This document shows, piece by piece, positions 61,101 to 64,000 of a DNA stretch of 64,000 nucleotides. The first letter of the stretch is position 1, and each line of letters opens with the position of its first letter. The stretch is from an uncultured Desulfobacter sp. (lineage in GTDB: Bacteria > Desulfobacterota > Desulfobacteria > Desulfobacterales > Desulfobacteraceae), in contig OY762069.1 of assembly GCA_963665095.1 (NCBI GenBank), positions 1,184,001 to 1,248,000 of the forward strand, given 5' to 3'. The notes below the pieces were generated by a model. It searched no databases and was not told the origin of the DNA. It saw only the letters and a list, made by a program, of their open reading frames with translations. Position numbers and translations under genes: made by a program.

Positions 61101-62836
61101 ACGGGTTTATTGGATTGATCCCTGCCTATGATAAGATTTGAGGTCTCGATATCGCGAAGCTTGAGTGCGTCACCAATACGCCTTACAAGAGGAGTATCTG
61201 CATTGGCGGAAGGGGCAGTGCTGCCAGCCGGGTGGTTATGGACAAAATACACCTTCTGGATGCCTTTATTCGAAAAAATTTTGCCAACTAACTCCCCAGG
61301 CGCAACCGTGGCGCTGCTTATCCCGCCTTTTGAATAGGCGTGAACCTCAACAACTTGGTTTTTATCATCAACCGCTACGGTATAAGCGGTTTCATGAGGA
61401 GAATGTGCCAGATGGGATAAAAGAGAGGCGGCATCTTCATCAGAAGAAACGTTTAATCCACGATGCTGAATATTGCCTGTAGTTCTGACGCCAGTTCTGC
61501 TCTTTGCTGCCAGTCGTTTGGAGAAACCTTTTCCAGCTGCTGTCTGACCCGCTCCGCCTGTTTCTCCCTTTGGCTGTGAAAGAACCTTTCCGGACTCGGA
61601 TAGGTGGAACAGCTCAAGGTTGTCTTTTTCTGCTTTGTTCTCATTGGAAAACCCCTTTTTGGATTCTTCAATTATATCTTTTTTTTGTGTTTTTTCAAGG
61701 GTCTCTTGGTTATCTTTATCGGTTTTTTCTTCGAAATCATCTATTTTCACCGTGCTGTTTTTTGCCGAATCCGAATTTTTATTTGCTTTCCCCTTCAATG
61801 GAATCTGATGCATCTTTCCGTCCCGGGTTGAAACTGTCAGGGTATCAAACGTAATTTCCTTTCCAGCAAATCTTTTATCCCCAATATATTTTTTACCCTG
61901 GCCAGGCTTCACATAGGCAATGGTGGCATGTGGAGAGTAATCATAAGTTTGATCTGCAGGCAGAGAGATATCCGCTTCTTTCTCAATTTTTTTATTCAGG
62001 GCACGAAGTGCAGGGCTATCCACATCAACCTTGACCACGTCAAATTTATCATCTTCAAAGATGGAGACATCGCTCATTTTGACAGTGATAGGGGGGTGGG
62101 CTTCAATGATTTTGGCAATGTCGGACGGATCATTTGTTTTCAGGCCATATTTAACGGTAATGTGGGGAGCATCCTCCCGGCCGTACGAATCGTCCTGCGG
62201 ATCCGTGTAAAGGTCTTCATCAGGAATTTTTGAAGCAAAAGTCCGGATCTCTTCGGACTCTTTTGCCGGGAAATCAACCTGGGTGCTTGAATGATCGTGA
62301 ACAAATCCACCTGCTTTATCTTCAACCCCTTCCGTCGGAGCATCCTTTGTCTCAGTTGTTAAGGAATCCTTTACAACTGGCTCTTTTTTTTCTGAAGAGA
62401 TTTTGTCAACGGTTTTGTCGTTTTCTTTAACCGGGCTTAGGCCTTTATTATCAATGGTCTCAAGAGAACCTTCCGCTGTTTTGTCGGTCCTTTTGTCACT
62501 TTTATTTTCTTCCGAGCCTGGTACAAATTCGGTTTTTCCGGATTTCTGGGAGGAAGAAGGAATCTCCGTGTCAAGTTCTGTACCGGCAATATCAGATGCA
62601 AACCGGCCGGCATCAGCATCTGACATCGGGGGAGGTTCATATGCCGGTGGTTGTTCCTGCATGCCGGGAGCATCAGTCTGGGCCTGCTGATTCTGTGCAC
62701 CCTGCGGCTGCACAATCCCCCATGCAAGGATTTTAACAACACCCACAGCCACACCCGTGAACAGGCACAGCAAAGCAAAGATAAATATGGATATTCCCGC
62801 GATCTTTCCGATTTTCCACCAGTTCAAATTCTTCAA
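55190..62836 (-). CDS. Large polyvalent phage protein (2H phosphoesterase, 2x RadC-like JAB, LPD3-like, HExxH zincin, long helical C-terminus)
   Basis: PHITV/PHATI; HNHPAG...PS and HNHISG...PSDED; LTHEVYH; AGGAGG before the TTG start; 2548 uninterrupted codons. Confidence 0.85.
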   Translation of the reverse strand: MKNLNWWKIGKIAGISIFIFALLCLFTGVAVGVVKILAWGIVQPQGAQNQQAQTDAPGMQEQPPAYEPPPMSDADAGRFASDIAGTELDTEIPSSSQKSGKTEFVPGSEENKSDKRTDKTAEGSLETIDNKGLSPVKENDKTVDKISSEKKEPVVKDSLTTETKDAPTEGVEDKAGGFVHDHSSTQVDFPAKESEEIRTFASKIPDEDLYTDPQDDSYGREDAPHITVKYGLKTNDPSDIAKIIEAHPPITVKMSDVSIFEDDKFDVVKVDVDSPALRALNKKIEKEADISLPADQTYDYSPHATIAYVKPGQGKKYIGDKRFAGKEITFDTLTVSTRDGKMHQIPLKGKANKNSDSAKNSTVKIDDFEEKTDKDNQETLEKTQKKDIIEESKKGFSNENKAEKDNLELFHLSESGKVLSQPKGETGGAGQTAAGKGFSKRLAAKSRTGVRTTGNIQHRGLNVSSDEDAASLLSHLAHSPHETAYTVAVDDKNQVVEVHAYSKGGISSATVAPGELVGKIFSNKGIQKVYFVHNHPAGSTAPSANADTPLVRRIGDALKLRDIETSNLIIGRDQSNKPVWGKFDAFGPLSQDNSVLDGEKSVSIPVKERVFKASKRGVKVTPDTVSQVLKDKESGFILADNQLNEVGYLEFLPGTSKREVAAEVLEAMDQTNATVFIPYNKDGSKTERTEFFIELARSLRDLNKHSPVMVANINGQFKEIILNESDVKEIAYINSGEAVYSTSDDLKSKPVAVLSGEEIKGATPEELFQSAKKYFREELQRKVKTVVREGLGPVRITGTGWDKTKRGLKSDPIKAKLIPAIPDIIKHGAIEPGQFSSKKKDVYRYHHISANVQIGDNLYQAGVTIGEDRHGNFYYNINHDTDLLLKIKKARNLPRIEAAGGEPLRGGDPSGSNIKSKSDSVKKKFQIDTRLGQGISLKDIQNFFKGQFVNLSPDGSISVRFKNGQGCRIKAVEHIGGNDIRYAMEIGRMDEGGVILGKYKNQIITLNQNLADGQTLTHEVYHLLTDLGIVTRSEELSLDVHRSKLIKENKYRYELLNTPEEDRANTLAQIIADREAYRDKSVFNRIIQKIMDFLDGLRYIGKSSSRKLAKEIESGKAFERKPDQANDSIEIIDLDKDLSKGVVKSGTQTQTPVPRFARIGMRETGELRVPRRTVRNVSDAAQMLSGLSEAAQEEVYLLTADKAGKVLEVHKFSKGSSGKADAHINQLSGHLLENKSAHAAYLVHNHISGNLAPSDEDRLIMRDLRLGLRLAGINVNGLVISDGRYLEFDEYHVGGAQKIKQLPAKSTVPVSERRILSREPQNPISIKDAWAAMERFEGEQDGILLTDEGHREVVFIPFKKGETIREAARDILTKASGVNAVQAVINMQTFANTNRNKLYERLAEGLTTQGISVNDIITTNPFGRLISMRDTNQLPAPNVNGMRALDSDEALYQTSQDILTPTEGEKKKTYSQIAAGLKGVLENRKNMGPDYKEDIGVVENVLGLMSHYSEKIPALKLAFEELLKRPEWKFQKENELFKNGEESMIGTIEDLQKHDKATYSELKEYLVDRDIYQIGNLVMEGEPGEWKVYSAKDERTGKRKLLKSGFRSKAEARTWSINYEVDEYDNPAGRDALRAFRNMTANLHDFYAESWESIIKEYEARGLTLPDVVIRTKSGEVRIDLKVALAKMGERSSYYFPRQRSNGDWRVYSKKDGEHDVIEYRDFKKTADFLAGKMKALGYEVEVKKVGSMSEDVYQNIKNILSTQAMVNQALSETKMDVKTRNLADLGLRGRWRGDSYYMPNGGVYEWSASVLEKLGGREYSDKGRSGNSWSPGYWFENAPKDIEEIVTNALYAARGQETDVSFEIAQSLVNQLADTLRARGSRARMISRSDAVGKDVPIGYETDPLKAIAQAVNSAAGGFAKQQVALNTSKAITGQHYSWDEWQKQHKDYETLTAAEDHLKNLQRNSRTEEERIAEIDREIKQLQRERAGVKTESEKSRQDRLFRIGTLFREKEKIRKWKDDKQAADAHQEIARLRGNIHREYREYIQTHMIDPKRQKRAYTDVVNAVENVLKNDEAGDRVINTLKGLASVWFLGGRLSSAAINLTALGTTVPAAMDAYGGIPLQRTVQHVVKAGKTYASFVTGKGVVSKADRAVLEDIFSRGWVAAQLNMETVNALKSGPAQKYGRAVELLMTPFKITEEFNRGVTILAAYKGIIAENPGMNKEEALMKAKKVSDRAHGIYGVENQPALLRKGRGLRAASAMYIFQTFIHNYFTTLSYMIGRKQAGAAAYMMLSPMVFGGAASSILLPAVKLIFKAMREDDPEEKIYQLAEQLFGETGEDIARYGLPGLAGVSLKGSLAPGLPDFEEPLDALGPIGGMMRNIYQGAENITHGDYLKGIEKITPLAMGNVAKAYREATKGVTTRAGDPVFFGNEQIKGDLGTGLMRAAGMNPTKIAKPREIQWNETTLKRQYTERKRMLYSRIIHYHALPVSKKDPSEWRDIIMDIQRFNARVKSNRLDDVVPLITERTIKNRIKMAFRPSKRERART

Positions 62837-62845
62837 TCCTGCCTC

Positions 62846-63568
62846 CTAATCCTCCAAGTTAAAAGCCGAACCACCCTGGGTGGTTTCCAGCCAAGGGCGT
62901 TGGGTTAAAATTGTGTGAACCATCCCGCCCAGCAGCCCCACCACCGGGAAGTCCTCATACTTTCCGTTTTCAGCATCTTCCTGGCGGATGGCCTGGGCAT
63001 AGGATGAAAGATTCTGGTGACCGTTTACATCCAGATAGACGGGGCTCCGGAGCTGTGGATTCCGGGCCCGGAACAACTGCCGGATATACAGGGGGAAAGA
63101 ATGTTTCTCTCCGAAGTCAACCGGCGGCTTTATGTAAATTCCCTGGCCCTCACCGTGTTTTTCCTCAAGCTTAACGCTGGTTCTGGACACCAGGGGCTGA
63201 AACCGGTCAGGGTCTCCTATCCACCATGGCAGGATCCGGGAGTCCTTTCCAAAACCATACTTGACCCGCAGCCGAAGTAAGATCTGAAACAGCGCAAAGA
63301 CTTCTTTCTCTTCAGCGGCTTCCAATATCTTGAAAACAGGCAGCCCATTAACCATGACAATACCAATAACGATAACAATACCGGCAGATGAAACAGACGG
63401 ATAGGCGATCCCGCCAATGATATCGCTATACCGTTCAGCGGCTTCCATGTTCCAGAACACTGGATTTTTCAGGGTAAAATCCTGGCCGTAAACCGTGGCC
63501 CAGTCCTTCCGGGCCTGCTCGGTATGTTCCATATGGTGATCTTGTTCAACGCGGATGACACATTCCAT
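62846..63568 (-). CDS. Hypothetical phage protein
   Basis: 240-aa ORF coupled to the terminase by a TAATG overlap, ending 9 bp before the giant gene. Confidence 0.8.
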   Translation of the reverse strand: MECVIRVEQDHHMEHTEQARKDWATVYGQDFTLKNPVFWNMEAAERYSDIIGGIAYPSVSSAGIVIVIGIVMVNGLPVFKILEAAEEKEVFALFQILLRLRVKYGFGKDSRILPWWIGDPDRFQPLVSRTSVKLEEKHGEGQGIYIKPPVDFGEKHSFPLYIRQLFRARNPQLRSPVYLDVNGHQNLSSYAQAIRQEDAENGKYEDFPVVGLLGGMVHTILTQRPWLETTQGGSAFNLED

Positions 63569-64000
63569 TAGAACAGTCCTCCAAAGAAACCAGTCGGTGC
63601 AAAAGTGAGAATGACTGACTCCAGTTCATCCGGAGAATGCTGAAGAAGTTTTTTCATATCGGGCTTTCGCATGATCCGGACCTTGCCATCATCCGTGTTA
63701 TAAGTGGGAATAAGTGCCTGTTCAATAAGCCGTTCATCAGGTGGAAGCATAGCTGTATCATCAGTACGAAGCCATTCCCTGAATGCCCAGTAAAGCTGGT
63801 CCCGAAGAATGCCAAACTCACCCATTTCAGTCTTTTCTGTGGGTGAGTTGGCAACTTTTATTGAATGGGCAATGACTGCATCCTCAGCATCCATCATACC
63901 TTGAGCCACCCCGGCCCCGACGCCGGTACCGTCCACATTAGCATGGGTTAGATTACCGGTTTTTATGTAGTCGGCAGCCGCCTTTCTGGCTGTTACTGTG
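63568..64000 (-). CDS. Phage terminase large subunit, C-terminal nuclease domain (5' partial)
   Basis: NVDGTGVGAGV, LRDQLYW..REWL, K.DMKK..HSPD....LTFA; frame open to the window edge. Confidence 0.82.
   Translation of the reverse strand, partial: TVTARKAAADYIKTGNLTHANVDGTGVGAGVAQGMMDAEDAVIAHSIKVANSPTEKTEMGEFGILRDQLYWAFREWLRTDDTAMLPPDERLIEQALIPTYNTDDGKVRIMRKPDMKKLLQHSPDELESVILTFAPTGFFGGLF

Larger units (their letters stand above)
55052..64000. mobile_element. Prophage or phage-like element integrated at tRNA-Lys, continuing beyond the window
   Basis: Abrupt switch to phage-type genes (terminase, polyvalent protein) right after the tRNA; arm-site-like repeats at 55144-55174; integrase and second att site not in the window. 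Confidence 0.8.

Overview
This window looks like chromosomal DNA of a sulfate-reducing Desulfobacterales-type bacterium, inferred from qrcABCD, System II cytochrome c maturation genes and a nikKMLQO-type ECF transporter. Positions 1-54.8 kb hold mostly housekeeping, signalling and transport genes: an MCP interrupted by a stop, a GGDEF protein, three EamA transporters, a HelY-like helicase, RidA, EttA, flaG, a sigma54 activator with a NifB/NifX-family gene, RtcB, an acyl-CoA synthetase, qrcABCD plus an unlisted 52-aa ORF, resB/ccsB, recD, a dpp ABC cluster, mpl and hemL. A decaying accessory patch lies at about 16-20.7 kb: a broken LytS/LytTR pair, a repeat-flanked glycosyltransferase, gene remnants and a 43-bp palindrome. 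Two loci stand out. (1) A Ni/Co ECF uptake operon ends in two tandem nicotianamine-synthase-like genes with no opine dehydrogenase, a candidate new metallophore pathway. (2) A phage-like element begins at tRNA-Lys(CTT) and encodes a 2548-aa polyvalent protein (Acb1-like 2H phosphoesterase, two RadC-like JAB modules, an LPD3-like region and a HExxH zincin) two genes downstream of a terminase, with no portal, capsid or tail genes between them. All family calls come from motif recognition by eye; no database searches were run.
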